From a virus (lineage: Duplodnaviria > Heunggongvirae > Uroviricota > Caudoviricetes): a stretch of 64,000 bases of DNA. The position numbers were made by a program, and so were the translations under genes. Each line of letters starts with the position of its first letter. The stretch's first letter is position 1. Positions 36,570-49,135 of this stretch are shown here, piece after piece. Under the pieces are notes generated by a model. That model had not been told where the DNA came from, ran no database searches, and saw only the letters and a list, made by a program, of their open reading frames with translations. Location of the stretch: the IMG/VR virus record IMGVR_UViG_3300045051_000014; one strand, written 5' to 3'.

Positions 36570-39500
36570 TGAAAGTAGAGATTAAGTCTCAGAACAAGGT
36601 CGGAAAGGTTGAGGTATCCCCGGTAGCATCCGTAGGAACCGTCAACATTCGAACCGGTGTTCCCGGTCCTGCCGGTGTTGCCGGTAATACGACCATTATC
36701 AGCGATACCTTTGTTGCGGGTGCCGCTCAGACGGCTTATCCTCTTTCTTATGAGCCTTATGGCGAAGATTTTGTCATCGTTACTCTTAACGGTGTCACAC
36801 AGACTCCTAATACCCATTACAATCTAAGCGGCAACACGCTGAACTTCATCACCGCTCCGGATCAGGGTGACAACATCGAAGCTCGTATCTTTACTTCCGT
36901 TGGCATCGTCAGTGGAAGTCAGGGTTTGACCGGTGCGCAAGGAACAAAAGGATCACAGGGAACCACAGGCATTCAGGGAACGCAAGGTGTACAAGGTCTG
37001 GATGGTCTGTATGCGGCACAAGGTATTCAGGGACCGCAGGGTGCAGATGGTATTCAAGGTACTGCCGGTGTCCTAGGTGGCGATGGTGCGCAAGGCATTC
37101 AGGGTCTTCAAGGTCTGACAGGTGCCGGTACTCAGGGCGCTACGGGTTCACAAGGAACTCAAGGCGTACAAGGTCGTCAAGGTGTGACCGGAACGGGAAC
37201 GCAAGGTGCAACTGGTTCTCAGGGTCTTACTGGAACTGGCACACAGGGCGCGACGGGTTCTCAAGGTCTAACAGGAACCGGAACTCAGGGAGCTACTGGC
37301 TCGCAGGGAACTCAGGGTGTTCAGGGTCAAACCGGCTCTGGATCGCAGGGTGCTACCGGATCACAAGGTTCTACTGGTATTCAGGGATCCACTGGTACTC
37401 AAGGTCTGACTGGCGCAGGAACTCAAGGTGCCACAGGTTCTCAAGGTGTTCAGGGTCTTACTGGCACAGGCACTCAGGGTGCGACAGGATCGCAGGGTCT
37501 TACCGGATCCGGCACGCAAGGTGCTACGGGTTCGCAAGGCGCAACCGGTTCACAAGGTACGCAAGGTCTGACTGGTGCTGGAACACAGGGCACAACGGGT
37601 TCTCAGGGTGTGCAAGGAACCACTGGTCTACAGGGTTTGACCGGTGCCGGAACTCAAGGTTCGACCGGCTCTCAGGGTGTTCAAGGTACACAAGGCATTC
37701 AGGGTACCACCGGTCTACAGGGTCTTACGGGTACTGGAACTCAAGGTTCAACAGGTACTCAAGGTTCTACCGGTACGCAAGGCACGACGGGTTCTCAAGG
37801 AACTCAGGGTGTACAAGGCTTGCAGGGTACGGTAGGTACTGCCGGTGACAGATACTCAACGACCTCCGCAACCTCCCTCACAATTGGTACGGGCAACAAG
37901 CAACTTACCATCGGAACTGGACTGGCTTATTCTGCCGGTCAGTCAGTCGTCATTGCAAACAACGCAACGAACAAGATGGAAGGTTCTGTTTCCGCGTACT
38001 ACACCGCAAACGGAACCATGGTCGCATCCATTGCAACCACAGGTGGATCCGGCACGTTCAACGTGTGGGATGTTAACCTCGGTGGTGCGGCAGGTGCAGA
38101 CGGTGCGCAGGGTGTTCAAGGAACGACAGGTTCGCAAGGTGTTCAAGGAACGACGGGCATTCAGGGTAACACTGGCACGCAAGGCGTACAGGGTCTAACC
38201 GGTGCAGGAACACAAGGCGCAACTGGATCGCAGGGTTCGACCGGTACACAAGGCACAACAGGCTCGCAAGGTTTGACCGGAACTGGAACTCAGGGTTCGA
38301 CTGGTACACAAGGTACCACCGGATCTGGAAGTCAAGGTGTTCAAGGCACCACAGGTTTGCAAGGATCTACTGGAACCGGTACTCAGGGAGCAACCGGTAC
38401 TCAGGGTCTTACCGGAACTGGCACGCAAGGTGTACAGGGAACGACTGGTTCTCAGGGTCTAACAGGCACCGGTACGCAAGGCGCGACTGGATCACAGGGT
38501 TTGACTGGAACAGGAACGCAAGGTGTTCAAGGAACCACAGGTCTACAAGGATCAACGGGTACAGGAACGCAAGGTGCCACCGGTTCGCAGGGTCTTACGG
38601 GTTCCGGAACTCAAGGTGTTCAGGGAACCACTGGATCACAAGGTCTTACTGGCACCGGCACACAGGGAACGACCGGTTCTCAAGGTGTACAAGGTCTACA
38701 GGGTGTTCAGGGTACGACAGGCGGCGAAGGCGTTTCCGCAGGATCGACTGCGTATCGCTTCGACACAAGCACGGTTGACTCTGATCCCGGTGCAGGTAAG
38801 CTCAAGTTTAACAACGGCAACCTCACGCTTGCAACCCTCATGTGGGTTGACAACGTAAATGATCCGGCAGTCGATATCTCCGCATTCCTCAACGCGACGA
38901 ACGTGGGCGACAGGCTGTACGTGCAGAGAACGACTGATGCGGCAGTGTTCTTCTACTACACCGTTACGAGTAAGACGAATAAGACGGGCTACTACGAATT
39001 CGGTCTGACGCTAATCAATAACGGCACCGGCACCGTATTCACCAACAACGAAAAGATTTTCCTTGCCGTAGGCTATCGCGGTGCGCAGGGTGTACAGGGT
39101 GCGACCGGAACAGGAACGCAAGGAACCACTGGTTCTCAGGGTACACAAGGAACCACTGGATCACAGGGTCTAACAGGCGCAGGAACTCAAGGCGTTCAAG
39201 GTACAACAGGTTCTCAGGGTCAGACCGGCGCAGGTACACAAGGAACCACTGGATCGCAAGGTACACAAGGTCTAACTGGTGCAGGCACTCAGGGTGCAAC
39301 TGGTACTCAGGGTGTTCAAGGCACGACGGGTAATCAGGGTACAACTGGTGCGGGAACTCAAGGTGCCACCGGTACTCAAGGTGTGCAAGGCACAACTGGT
39401 CTGCAAGGTCTGACCGGTGCGGGAACGCAAGGCGCAACTGGATTGCAGGGTGTTCAGGGAACAACGGGTTCTCAAGGTGTTCAAGGAACTCAGGGTGTTC

Positions 39501-41068
39501 AGGGTAATCAGGGTGATGCGGCTGGAATGAGATACAATTTCAGCACCAACACTACGGACACTGATCCGACGACTGGTATCTTCAAGTTCAACAACGCAAC
39601 AATCGCTTCCGCAACGTTGATGTATATTGACAACACGGATCGCGGCAGCGTTGACATGACTGCATTTATTGATTCGTGGGATGACTCTACCGACACAAAC
39701 AAGGGTCATATCTACATCAATTCAAACGTAAACAGCGACACATCATATTTCATCTTCCGCGTTACGGGTGCGGTGATTGATGGAACAGGCTATAGAAAGG
39801 TTCCTATTGCGTTTGTTGCCGGAAACACACTCACTGATGGTGAGATTTGTGTTATCTATTTCAACGCAACGGGCGACATTGGTGCGCAGGGTATACAAGG
39901 AACGACAGGAACTCAAGGCGTACAAGGAACGACTGGTCTACAAGGCACGACGGGTACTGGTACGCAAGGTACAACCGGTACTACAGGCACTCAGGGTTCG
40001 ACTGGTACTCAAGGTACGACCGGAGCAGGTACGCAGGGTGTCCAAGGCACAACCGGTATTCAAGGATCTACGGGTACTCAGGGAACAACTGGAAGTGGAT
40101 CGCAGGGTGTTCAAGGCACGACTGGTATTCAAGGAACCACTGGTGCTGGAACTCAGGGTGTACAAGGCACTACGGGAATTCAGGGATCGACCGGAACTCA
40201 AGGTACCACCGGAGCAGGCACGCAGGGTGTTCAAGGTACGACAGGTCTACAGGGAACCACAGGCGCGGGAACTCAAGGTGTTCAGGGAACCACTGGCATT
40301 CAAGGGTCCACTGGTACTCAGGGTGTTCAGGGAACGCAGGGTGTTCAAGGTCGTCAAGGTACAACCGGAACGGGTACGCAGGGTGCGACCGGTGCGTTGT
40401 CGCCGTGGACGAAGAAGACTACAGCTTACACGCTACTCAATAATGATCGTATCATTGTCGATTCGTCAGGCGGTACCTTCAACCTCACGTTGCCTGCAAC
40501 TCCATCCGAAGGAACGTATGTACAGATCACGGATGGTGCAAGTCTACAAACTACGCCAGTCACAGTCCTGCGCAACGGTTCTACAATCGAAGGTGTCGCA
40601 GATGACCTCTCGCTCACTATCGGCAATACCACTTACGAATTGATCTACTCAGGATCCACATGGCATGTCACCGCACAAGCCGGTTCGAAGGGTGATGGTG
40701 GTGCGCAAGGAACGACAGGTGCGCAAGGTGTTCAAGGAACGATTGGCGCACAGGGTCCGACGAACCTTCCTCTAAATACTCAGACAGCCGGATATACGCT
40801 TGTTCTTTCGGATGCAGGCAAGCTAATTTCCATCACAACCGGTGGTGTCATCATTCCCGCTAACTCTTCTGTCAACTTCCCAAGAGGAACGATGGTCAGC
40901 ATTTACAATGATTCGGCTGCAAACCAGTCGCTCTCGATCACGACCGATACGTTGAGACTCGGCGGAACCGCAACCACAGGAACGATGAACATTGTGCAGC
41001 GTGGTATCGCGACTGTCCTCAAGGTGGCTAACACCGAATGGGTCGCATCCGGCGCAGGAGTAGGCTAA
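36569..41068 (+). CDS. Long collagen-like fibre protein (1499 aa), multiple G-X-Y blocks separated by globular knobs
   Basis: Extensive [10 protein letters not shown]-type repeats; duplicated knob YxFxTxTxDxDP..G..KFNN; C-terminal NTQT..YTL..SDAGK domain. Confidence 0.85.
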   Translation: MKVEIKSQNKVGKVEVSPVASVGTVNIRTGVPGPAGVAGNTTIISDTFVAGAAQTAYPLSYEPYGEDFVIVTLNGVTQTPNTHYNLSGNTLNFITAPDQGDNIEARIFTSVGIVSGSQGLTGAQGTKGSQGTTGIQGTQGVQGLDGLYAAQGIQGPQGADGIQGTAGVLGGDGAQGIQGLQGLTGAGTQGATGSQGTQGVQGRQGVTGTGTQGATGSQGLTGTGTQGATGSQGLTGTGTQGATGSQGTQGVQGQTGSGSQGATGSQGSTGIQGSTGTQGLTGAGTQGATGSQGVQGLTGTGTQGATGSQGLTGSGTQGATGSQGATGSQGTQGLTGAGTQGTTGSQGVQGTTGLQGLTGAGTQGSTGSQGVQGTQGIQGTTGLQGLTGTGTQGSTGTQGSTGTQGTTGSQGTQGVQGLQGTVGTAGDRYSTTSATSLTIGTGNKQLTIGTGLAYSAGQSVVIANNATNKMEGSVSAYYTANGTMVASIATTGGSGTFNVWDVNLGGAAGADGAQGVQGTTGSQGVQGTTGIQGNTGTQGVQGLTGAGTQGATGSQGSTGTQGTTGSQGLTGTGTQGSTGTQGTTGSGSQGVQGTTGLQGSTGTGTQGATGTQGLTGTGTQGVQGTTGSQGLTGTGTQGATGSQGLTGTGTQGVQGTTGLQGSTGTGTQGATGSQGLTGSGTQGVQGTTGSQGLTGTGTQGTTGSQGVQGLQGVQGTTGGEGVSAGSTAYRFDTSTVDSDPGAGKLKFNNGNLTLATLMWVDNVNDPAVDISAFLNATNVGDRLYVQRTTDAAVFFYYTVTSKTNKTGYYEFGLTLINNGTGTVFTNNEKIFLAVGYRGAQGVQGATGTGTQGTTGSQGTQGTTGSQGLTGAGTQGVQGTTGSQGQTGAGTQGTTGSQGTQGLTGAGTQGATGTQGVQGTTGNQGTTGAGTQGATGTQGVQGTTGLQGLTGAGTQGATGLQGVQGTTGSQGVQGTQGVQGNQGDAAGMRYNFSTNTTDTDPTTGIFKFNNATIASATLMYIDNTDRGSVDMTAFIDSWDDSTDTNKGHIYINSNVNSDTSYFIFRVTGAVIDGTGYRKVPIAFVAGNTLTDGEICVIYFNATGDIGAQGIQGTTGTQGVQGTTGLQGTTGTGTQGTTGTTGTQGSTGTQGTTGAGTQGVQGTTGIQGSTGTQGTTGSGSQGVQGTTGIQGTTGAGTQGVQGTTGIQGSTGTQGTTGAGTQGVQGTTGLQGTTGAGTQGVQGTTGIQGSTGTQGVQGTQGVQGRQGTTGTGTQGATGALSPWTKKTTAYTLLNNDRIIVDSSGGTFNLTLPATPSEGTYVQITDGASLQTTPVTVLRNGSTIEGVADDLSLTIGNTTYELIYSGSTWHVTAQAGSKGDGGAQGTTGAQGVQGTIGAQGPTNLPLNTQTAGYTLVLSDAGKLISITTGGVIIPANSSVNFPRGTMVSIYNDSAANQSLSITTDTLRLGGTATTGTMNIVQRGIATVLKVANTEWVASGAGVG
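36914..40760 (+). repeat. Interrupted 9-nt-periodic coding repeat (collagen-like G-X-Q/G-X-T), approximate bounds
   Basis: Dozens of degenerate CAAGGT/CAGGGT/ACTGGT units. Confidence 0.9.
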
Positions 41069-41069
41069 C

Positions 41070-41507
41070 ATGCCAATGCAGCAGATGGCACTCATGCACT
41101 ATAAGGCTCCTCCTGCCGGTGGTGGTGGAGATTCGGCATATCTTGAAAATGTTGCTTTGGTATTACCGGCTATCACTTCGGCGCAGGTAATTTTCAATAC
41201 TGCGAGCGGTAATATTGAATACATTGAAGATTCTTCTATAAAAAACACATACACATGGAAGACTGGAACCGGCGCACTAACTGACTATGATGCTAAGTAT
41301 ATAGAAACTGTAGCAACCGGACCCGTTTCCCTAGCAGGTAGCGCAGTAAATGCTTGGATTACGATGGCATTAAACACACCATCATGGAGTTTGGGTGCTG
41401 GTGCAACAGATAGCGTTAGTTCTGGATATTTGCTAATTAGAAATAACCTTAGTCTACAAGAACTTGCGAATGTCACGCTAGAAATACGAACGAACGCATT
41501 CGCATAA
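41070..41507 (+). CDS. Putative fibre-tip/adhesin protein
   Basis: Follows the fibre gene; shares a TW..DY..GSAVN.W..WSL..G.LLIR motif with 35224 and 49135; AT-richer codons. Confidence 0.6.
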   Translation: MPMQQMALMHYKAPPAGGGGDSAYLENVALVLPAITSAQVIFNTASGNIEYIEDSSIKNTYTWKTGTGALTDYDAKYIETVATGPVSLAGSAVNAWITMALNTPSWSLGAGATDSVSSGYLLIRNNLSLQELANVTLEIRTNAFA

Positions 41508-41519
41508 CGGAATAATGAA

Positions 41520-42116
41520 ATGGCACAAGACGTAAAAACAGTTCTCGGCAGTAACTTCACTGGTCCACAGGGAATTCAGGGAGCAACCGGTGCAGGCACG
41601 CAAGGTGTTCAAGGCACTACTGGCATCCAAGGCAACCTAGGAACTCAAGGTACAACAGGCGCAGGCACGCAAGGTGTTCAGGGAACCACAGGAACCGGAA
41701 CTCAGGGTGTTCAAGGTACGACCGGTGCCGCAGGTCCGCGCACGCTCAACTTCCTGATTTCGGGTGGCGGCGCGGCGATTACGACAGGCGCAACAGAAGC
41801 CGCTCAGACAAAGGGCTATATCTATACCTCACAGAACCTCGTCATTGATTCGTGGTCGTTGCTCTCCAACGCATCCGGAACAATCGTTGTAGATATCTGG
41901 ACAGGAACGTATTCTGCATTCCCAACGTTGGTTCTCGCATCGTCTACTACACAAAGACCTCGACTCTCAGCCGCGTCGAAGAACACCGCATCGAACTCAG
42001 GCATGACGATCACGAACATTGCCGCAGGTAACGTCATTCAGTTCCGTGTGAACAGTGTCGCGACAGTTGACGTAACAGACGTTACGGTGGTCATGAACGT
42101 TATTGCTACATCATAA
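41520..42116 (+). CDS. Short collagen-like fibre protein
   Basis: G-X-Q repeats ~41560-41735, then a beta-rich C-terminal domain. Confidence 0.75.
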   Translation: MAQDVKTVLGSNFTGPQGIQGATGAGTQGVQGTTGIQGNLGTQGTTGAGTQGVQGTTGTGTQGVQGTTGAAGPRTLNFLISGGGAAITTGATEAAQTKGYIYTSQNLVIDSWSLLSNASGTIVVDIWTGTYSAFPTLVLASSTTQRPRLSAASKNTASNSGMTITNIAAGNVIQFRVNSVATVDVTDVTVVMNVIATS

Positions 42117-42131
42117 TAGGTGATTTAAGAC

Positions 42132-42863
42132 ATGCCTCGTCCATCAGTACGATCACAAGCGAATACAACCGGTACGACCGCAATCTCGTTGACTCCACCC
42201 GCAGGGCATCAGGTCAATGACCTAATGATCGTGGGTATCGAATCCGCGAACGAAGCCGCAGCAACATGGGCATCCGTATTCTCTGCCGCAGGATGGAATG
42301 CTATTCCTGCCGGTGCCGGTGGTCCTCATCCCGGCTTAGGAACCGCAGCCGCCGCGAACGCAACTCGACTCACGCTATTTTGGCGGCGGGCTGCGAACAC
42401 CACAATGCCTGTCATCGACATTGCGGACTCGGGCGACCACACTTCTGCGGGTCTTCTCATTATTCAGGATGCGAACACGACTGTCGATCCTCCATGGGAA
42501 CTCGCAGCGAATACAAGTCAGGCTACGAACACGACGACGATTTCGTTCAACTCATTCACTACGACGAATGCGAACACTCTAATCGTTCACTTCGCAGGCG
42601 TGGACACAGACACCGCTGCCGCACAGGGTTCTGCGCCGACAAACGGCAACCTATCCAACCTCACTGAGCATATCGACGTATTCGCATCGGGTCAGGACGG
42701 TGGTGGTATCATCGTCTTGTCGGGTGGTAAGGCTACCGCAGGCTCTACGGGTAATACGACACTCACTCTTGCGACGACAGAAATCTTCACCACATGGAGT
42801 GCGGCAATCTTGGGAACTCCGGATGCTGTTATTAGACCATGGGCGCAAGCCGTATTCATCTAA
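42132..42863 (+). CDS. Putative virion protein (possible partner of the 41520 fibre)
   Basis: Thr/Ala-rich beta domain (P.G...NDL.IV); coupled to the fibre gene. Confidence 0.6.
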   Translation: MPRPSVRSQANTTGTTAISLTPPAGHQVNDLMIVGIESANEAAATWASVFSAAGWNAIPAGAGGPHPGLGTAAAANATRLTLFWRRAANTTMPVIDIADSGDHTSAGLLIIQDANTTVDPPWELAANTSQATNTTTISFNSFTTTNANTLIVHFAGVDTDTAAAQGSAPTNGNLSNLTEHIDVFASGQDGGGIIVLSGGKATAGSTGNTTLTLATTEIFTTWSAAILGTPDAVIRPWAQAVFI

Positions 42864-42890
42864 ATACCGGGAACACTCCGGAAGAGTAAC

Positions 42891-44855
42891 ATGCCAAATA
42901 AGCCTACCTCAAAACAAATTCTCATTAGCGCAAACAACGCACTGGCTAACATCGTGTTGGCAAACGGTGTTGTCAACGCGACTGAGATTCAGGTGGGTGG
43001 TACACTCGTCATCAACTCCGAAGGCTATTTCGTCGGTACAGGTGGCGGTGGTGGCGGCACGCAAGGTGCGACGGGTGCGCAAGGTATTCAGGGAACGAGT
43101 GGCTATGTCGGTAGTGATGGTGCGCAAGGTGTTCAAGGTACAACCGGATCCGGATCACAAGGCACGACTGGTTCGCAAGGATCCACAGGTACGCAGGGAA
43201 CAACAGGTTCTCAAGGCACCACAGGCTCACAGGGTTTGACTGGAACTGGTACTCAAGGCGCTACAGGATCACAGGGTCTTACGGGAACGGGTACTCAAGG
43301 TGCCACAGGCTCTCAAGGATCTACTGGTACCCAAGGCACAACCGGATCACAGGGAACGACTGGCTCACAAGGTTTGACCGGAACTGGAACTCAGGGTGCG
43401 ACAGGTTCTCAAGGAACCACAGGCTCACAAGGCGTTCAAGGTCTAACTGGCGCAGGCACGCAAGGCACAACCGGCTCGCAGGGTTCAACTGGAACTCAAG
43501 GTGTTCAGGGACTAACCGGTGCCGGAACTCAGGGAGCTACTGGCTCACAAGGTTCTACTGGTACTCAGGGCGTTCAAGGTCTAACTGGATCCGGATCGCA
43601 AGGTGTGCAAGGAACGACCGGTTCACAAGGTCTTACTGGTACAGGCACGCAAGGTGCAACAGGTACTCAAGGCGTTCAGGGTCTTACCGGTTCTGGATCA
43701 CAAGGCACAACTGGATCGCAAGGGTCCACTGGCACTCAAGGTGTTCAGGGTCTGACGGGCGCGGGAACTCAGGGCGTACAAGGAACGACCGGTATTCAGG
43801 GTAACACTGGCATTCAAGGCACTCAAGGTGTTCAGGGTCTAACTGGTGCAGGAACACAGGGCGCGACGGGTGGTGGAACCGCTGCCGGATCGAACACCGA
43901 AATTCAGTTCAATAATAATGGTGTGGTTGGCGCTTCGGCAAATTTAACGTTTGATCTTGCATCGAACACCGCATTCGTATATGCCATTAACGTTGCAACG
44001 GATTTGCAACTTACTACATTCAACCCATCTACACCACCATCGACCGGTAATGTTTTGATTTTCGGTCGAAGTGTCGGTGGACGAATGATGCCTGCATTCA
44101 TGGGTCCATCGGGTTTGGATTCTTCGTTGCAACCAATTCTCGCAAGAAATCGGGTTTCGTGGATTCAATGGACGGGTACTGCGGCACTCGCCAACTCTCA
44201 AATGGGTTTGCCTGCTGCACCAACATATACTGGAACACAAACTGCCAGAACACCAAGCGCAACAAGCTTTTATCAATCTATTCGCCGTCTTGGATTGGTG
44301 AGTGCCGCTACCGCAGGATCAAACAGTTCAATGCGTGTTGCGTCTACACACTGGCTACGCGGCAATACAGCAGGTATGGGTGGATTCCACTATATTGTGA
44401 GATTCGGTGTTGCCGATGCTGCGGTGGTTTCGTCTGCGAATATGTTTGTTGGGTTGACTAACACTTCTACACTATTTGCTAACTCTGCAAATGTAGCGAC
44501 ACTTGCAAACACGATTGGTGTAGGTCAGGTGGGAACAAGTAACAACCTACAGATTATTACTAATTTGAATAGTGCCACCGCACATCTGATCGACACAGGA
44601 TTACTATGTAACGTTGGTAACGCTGCCGTTTGGGATGTTGCAATGTTTGCTGCCCCTAATGATGATAAGGTTCAGTTTGGTATCACCAATATTGCAAATA
44701 CGGCACAAACATACAACACCACGATCACCGCTAATTCGGTGAACTTGCCACTTGGTAATACTATGCTATGTCCGTACATCTGGCGTACTAATGGTGGTGC
44801 GGCATCAGCCGTTGCAGTAGACCTGATCAGTCTGTATATCGAAACCGATAGTTGA
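42891..44855 (+). CDS. Collagen-like fibre protein with lectin-like C-terminal domain
   Basis: G-X-Q repeats ~43056-43870; [12 protein letters not shown] module; preceded by late promoter CTAAATA 42860-42866. Confidence 0.8.
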   Translation: MPNKPTSKQILISANNALANIVLANGVVNATEIQVGGTLVINSEGYFVGTGGGGGGTQGATGAQGIQGTSGYVGSDGAQGVQGTTGSGSQGTTGSQGSTGTQGTTGSQGTTGSQGLTGTGTQGATGSQGLTGTGTQGATGSQGSTGTQGTTGSQGTTGSQGLTGTGTQGATGSQGTTGSQGVQGLTGAGTQGTTGSQGSTGTQGVQGLTGAGTQGATGSQGSTGTQGVQGLTGSGSQGVQGTTGSQGLTGTGTQGATGTQGVQGLTGSGSQGTTGSQGSTGTQGVQGLTGAGTQGVQGTTGIQGNTGIQGTQGVQGLTGAGTQGATGGGTAAGSNTEIQFNNNGVVGASANLTFDLASNTAFVYAINVATDLQLTTFNPSTPPSTGNVLIFGRSVGGRMMPAFMGPSGLDSSLQPILARNRVSWIQWTGTAALANSQMGLPAAPTYTGTQTARTPSATSFYQSIRRLGLVSAATAGSNSSMRVASTHWLRGNTAGMGGFHYIVRFGVADAAVVSSANMFVGLTNTSTLFANSANVATLANTIGVGQVGTSNNLQIITNLNSATAHLIDTGLLCNVGNAAVWDVAMFAAPNDDKVQFGITNIANTAQTYNTTITANSVNLPLGNTMLCPYIWRTNGGAASAVAVDLISLYIETDS

Positions 44856-44892
44856 TCGTCTAAATAGGGTGACACTATCCCTAGGATAAACC

Positions 44893-47800
44893 ATGGCAGA
44901 CTTTCCTTCCAATCCGACCATCGGCACGATCTTCACTTCCAACGATGGTACATCATGGGAGTGGGACGGTTATTCGTGGAAAGCGGGTGGTGGACTCGGC
45001 GGTGGCGGCGGAATCTCAGAGATTTACGTATCCGCGAACTCCGCATCGACCGTCAATGCGAACGGTCTGAACTTCATCAATTCGGCAACCGTCCTTGTCA
45101 ATGTCGTTCCCGGCGTGACAGGTAATGCCAATGTCTCGTTCTCTTCTGCTCCCGGTCCTCAAGGTACTACCGGCATTCAGGGTTCCACCGGCATTCAAGG
45201 AACGCAGGGTGTTCAGGGATTGCAGGGACCACAAGGCACGACAGGTATTCAGGGTGCAACCGGCATTCAAGGTTTGACCGGTATTCAAGGAACTCAAGGC
45301 GTACAGGGAACCACAGGAATTCAAGGATCGACTGGTATACAAGGATCGACGGGTACTCAAGGTTCGACCGGTACACAGGGATCGACTGGTACACAAGGCA
45401 CGCAGGGTGTTCAGGGTCGCCAAGGAACTACAGGCTCTCAAGGCGCGACAGGTACGCAGGGTTCGACGGGTATTCAAGGTTCTACTGGTATTCAGGGATT
45501 CACCGGCTCGCAGGGAACTCAAGGTGCAACCGGTTCTCAGGGAACGCAAGGTGTACAGGGACGACAAGGCGTACAAGGTCTTGATGGTCTATTCGCGGGA
45601 CAAGGTGCAACCGGTGCGCAGGGTCCACAGGGCGTTCAAGGTGTCGAAGGTGGTTCGGGCGTAACTACACTACAGACCAATCAATACACATCGACGGCAA
45701 ACCAGACTGTCTTCACACTAAGCACTTCTGTAGTGAGTGAGAAGTACGTCTTCGTCACTCGCAACGGTGTCGTTCTCGTTCCTACTTCACACTATACGGT
45801 TGCCGGATCGACGCTAACACTTACCTCTAATACTCAGGCAGGCGATATCATCGAAGCTCGCGTCTTCGAAACATTGGGTGTAGGTATTCAGGGTGTGCAG
45901 GGTGTACAAGGAACGACCGGCACTCAGGGTGCAACTGGCACACAAGGTTTGACAGGCATACAGGGATCGACGGGTACACAAGGTTTTACTGGTGCGCAGG
46001 GAACTCAAGGTGTTCAGGGAACCACCGGCATTCAAGGTCTAACTGGTATTCAGGGTTCGACGGGTCTGCAAGGTATTCAGGGTCCGCAGGGAACCACTGG
46101 TATTCAAGGATCGACAGGTACGCAGGGAGTAACCGGCTCACAAGGCACTCAAGGTGTGCAGGGTCGCCAAGGTGTTCAGGGAACGACCGGCATTCAGGGT
46201 GCGACGGGTACACAGGGAACTCAAGGTCTGACTGGCGCAGGCACTCAAGGTGCTACTGGTTCTCAGGGTACGACAGGCTCTACCCCTGCCATCGGCGGTG
46301 CCAACACGCAGATTCAATTCAACAACAATGGTGTGTTGGGTGGATCGGCAAACCTTGTATTCAATCTCAACGGCAACACATTCACGACGAACTACGGTGT
46401 GTTCTCTGGTGGTGGATTAGAAGTTCAAGGACTCTATCCTCAAGTTAAGTGGTATCAGAGTGACGGTGCCGTAAACGAAAAGAACTCCGTAATGTTGGTG
46501 GACGGTGGATCGTGGGATATTCGTTTCTACGACGATGCAAGCTCGGCATACGGAACACCAATAAACATTCAACGAACCGGCATCAATCCAACCACGATAA
46601 CGTTGAATGCCAACGTTCAATTTATCAGCACGGCAGAACCAACCGCACTTCTCTATCGCGATGCTCAAGCAAATGGAGTGGGTGTCGGTCTGCTTTATTG
46701 GGATGGAAAGAACGCATCTGGTACTCGCGTATCTTACGCACGCCTACAGACCGAGATTTCTTCCAACGTTGCGGGTGCGCATACTGGCGCATTCCAGATT
46801 GAGACTTCGCAAGCCGGAGCAATGCTTCCGGTAATCACGGCTAATGGCGCACTTGTTGGTATCGGAACTGTCAGCCCACAAGCATCACTTGATGTGAATG
46901 GAAGCGTCAGAATTAAGGAGAATGGATCGCAACTCACCCTGAATGAATCAGACGGTCCTGATCCTGTAGATAGAGGCATTGTTGAAGTTAATTTGGGCAA
47001 CTTCAACATCTATACCCATGACAACTCCACGAATACGTGGAGACTGCCATTCTCAGCAAATATTGCGACGGGTAATGTCACAATCGGAAACTGGCAAGTA
47101 TCTGGTTCGGATCAAGGTGTTCAGCGACTCGCACAAAGTACCGAAGTTTTCACCTATGACGGTGACAACCTCGCGCACTACGGACTCTCGTACTATCCGG
47201 ACAGTGGCAACGGCGGAACGACGGCTGCGTTGTCTGGATACTATGGTATCAAGTTCTTTACTTCTGGTGTTCATGCGTACTCCATCGACTCGGGTGGAAC
47301 TCTAATCAGCAGAAAAAACGGTGCAGAAGTCACCCCGCTCGCGCTATACAATGATACCGCAAGCCAGTTGGTAAACACAAGCATTCGAATTGGATATAGC
47401 ACCAGTGGCTATGGTTGGAAGGTCACTAGCAACAACAATCCATCTTCACAGTACGCAGGACGCTTGGAGTTCTGGCGCGGCAACGGTGGATATGCTCTGG
47501 CAGGATATTTCAACAATGACGGACAGTTTATTCTTCCTAGCGCAAATGTTGGTATCGGTTCCAGTGCCACAGCACCATCTTCACCGCTCAACGTAGACAA
47601 TGGTTCCTCTCGACTACACATTGGTTACAACGGAAGCCAGAACTACATTGATGGTTCTGACACATATTTCCGCACCTATGCGGGTGATACAAACTTCTAT
47701 CTTGTAAGCAACACCAAGATCATTCACTATGCGGGTATTGTATCTGACTCATTCCAAAACACAGACTTACAGCGTTCATTGAATCCGAAGGGTGGTGCGC

Positions 47801-48843
47801 GTGGATCGCGAACCATCACTGAAACGGGCTACATTGCCATCAAGCTGCCAACTGCACGATTGAACTCGGACTCCATGATGTGCTTCACGGTCAACATCTA
47901 CGACTATGCGGGTGGATCAGAAGCTCAAGGACGACAGATTCGTATCTATGGTTACAACTATGGTGGTGGTTGGTTCAACTGTGGCGCGACAGATCTTTGC
48001 GCAAACGGATCCATGACACCGCTTGAAGTTCGCTTTGGTCACGATGGTACGCGCAATATTGTCTGGATCGGAAGTTCAGGAACCGTCTGGAACTATCCAC
48101 AAATTAGCGTTGTAGATCACCAAGCGGGATATTACACATCTGCTGATTGGGCGCAGGGATGGGATATTACCATCACAACTACTCTCAATACGGTCAGTGT
48201 GGGTCCGCTTTACACCAACAAAGCAATCGTATCTAACTACGAAAACTCGGCATGGTTGGAACCGAATAAAGATGGATCATATGGTCAGTGGCAGATCAGC
48301 GGTTCCAAGGGAAGCTATGGTGGAATTTTGGACACCTATTCTGGTGTCAACTGGATGTATGATAATGCGGGTAATGGTGGATTCTATCGGGCTGCATCCT
48401 ACGGATGGAGCCAGTATTACAGTGCAACAAATGCCTGCCTAGGTGTCTACGGCAGCACCACATCATCTTCCTACAAACTCTATGTCTCTGGTGCTATCTA
48501 CGCAACAGGCGACATTGTGGCATTCTCGGATCGTCGCCTCAAGGAAAACATTTACACGATTGAGAATCCACTCGACAAGGTGCTAAGACTTCGCGGTGTT
48601 AACTTCAACCGCATTGACGATCCTGACAAGAAGCTACAGATGGGTGTCATTGCGCAGGAAGTTCTGGAAGTGGTTCCAGAAGTCGTCACACACTCCGAGA
48701 AGACAGACGCGGAAGGTAACGCAGGCGAAGAATACGGAGTCAACTACGGTGCGCTAGTCGGCGTACTGATCGAAGCAGTGAAGGAACTCAACGCGAAGGT
48801 TGAGGCACAGGCAGAACTAATCAGGAAACTAACCAATGGCTAA
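44893..48843 (+). CDS. Long tail fibre with collagen-like blocks, mosaic beta domains and S74 chaperone
   Basis: N-terminal FPSNPT.G..F...G..W.WDG..W; repeats ~45154-46285; FSDRRLKENI, GVIAQEV..VVPEVV, VNYG.LVG.LIEAVKEL. Confidence 0.87.
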   Translation: MADFPSNPTIGTIFTSNDGTSWEWDGYSWKAGGGLGGGGGISEIYVSANSASTVNANGLNFINSATVLVNVVPGVTGNANVSFSSAPGPQGTTGIQGSTGIQGTQGVQGLQGPQGTTGIQGATGIQGLTGIQGTQGVQGTTGIQGSTGIQGSTGTQGSTGTQGSTGTQGTQGVQGRQGTTGSQGATGTQGSTGIQGSTGIQGFTGSQGTQGATGSQGTQGVQGRQGVQGLDGLFAGQGATGAQGPQGVQGVEGGSGVTTLQTNQYTSTANQTVFTLSTSVVSEKYVFVTRNGVVLVPTSHYTVAGSTLTLTSNTQAGDIIEARVFETLGVGIQGVQGVQGTTGTQGATGTQGLTGIQGSTGTQGFTGAQGTQGVQGTTGIQGLTGIQGSTGLQGIQGPQGTTGIQGSTGTQGVTGSQGTQGVQGRQGVQGTTGIQGATGTQGTQGLTGAGTQGATGSQGTTGSTPAIGGANTQIQFNNNGVLGGSANLVFNLNGNTFTTNYGVFSGGGLEVQGLYPQVKWYQSDGAVNEKNSVMLVDGGSWDIRFYDDASSAYGTPINIQRTGINPTTITLNANVQFISTAEPTALLYRDAQANGVGVGLLYWDGKNASGTRVSYARLQTEISSNVAGAHTGAFQIETSQAGAMLPVITANGALVGIGTVSPQASLDVNGSVRIKENGSQLTLNESDGPDPVDRGIVEVNLGNFNIYTHDNSTNTWRLPFSANIATGNVTIGNWQVSGSDQGVQRLAQSTEVFTYDGDNLAHYGLSYYPDSGNGGTTAALSGYYGIKFFTSGVHAYSIDSGGTLISRKNGAEVTPLALYNDTASQLVNTSIRIGYSTSGYGWKVTSNNNPSSQYAGRLEFWRGNGGYALAGYFNNDGQFILPSANVGIGSSATAPSSPLNVDNGSSRLHIGYNGSQNYIDGSDTYFRTYAGDTNFYLVSNTKIIHYAGIVSDSFQNTDLQRSLNPKGGARGSRTITETGYIAIKLPTARLNSDSMMCFTVNIYDYAGGSEAQGRQIRIYGYNYGGGWFNCGATDLCANGSMTPLEVRFGHDGTRNIVWIGSSGTVWNYPQISVVDHQAGYYTSADWAQGWDITITTTLNTVSVGPLYTNKAIVSNYENSAWLEPNKDGSYGQWQISGSKGSYGGILDTYSGVNWMYDNAGNGGFYRAASYGWSQYYSATNACLGVYGSTTSSSYKLYVSGAIYATGDIVAFSDRRLKENIYTIENPLDKVLRLRGVNFNRIDDPDKKLQMGVIAQEVLEVVPEVVTHSEKTDAEGNAGEEYGVNYGALVGVLIEAVKELNAKVEAQAELIRKLTNG

Positions 48844-49135
48844 CTCAAGCATTACATTCTCATGGTACGATGAATCGGCAAACACGACCGATATCTACGT
48901 CCACGAATTCTCACAGGCAAACTATGATCGCATCATCGAAGCGGGACGTTATGCATTTGGCACCATGAATGCGCAAACGATGCTGATGGAACTGGTGAGC
49001 AAGAATAAGGCGCGTAAGCAGACCTGTAAAGAATCAGTTCAGATCTGGAAAGATCGCGCACGGCAGCTAGAAATCTCCCTCGCGACGGCAAACACGGCAG
49101 CGAACATTCCACCGATTGACTCTACGGAAGTCTAA
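48836..49135 (+). CDS. Hypothetical protein (possible fibre assembly chaperone)
   Basis: Coupled ORF between fibre and tip genes. Confidence 0.5.
   Translation: MANSSITFSWYDESANTTDIYVHEFSQANYDRIIEAGRYAFGTMNAQTMLMELVSKNKARKQTCKESVQIWKDRARQLEISLATANTAANIPPIDSTEV

Noticed and set aside
36914-46285. CRISPR array or diversity-generating retroelement repeats
   Set aside because: Repeats are degenerate, in-frame 9-nt coding units without unique spacers; no reverse transcriptase or adenine-specific TR/VR pair was seen
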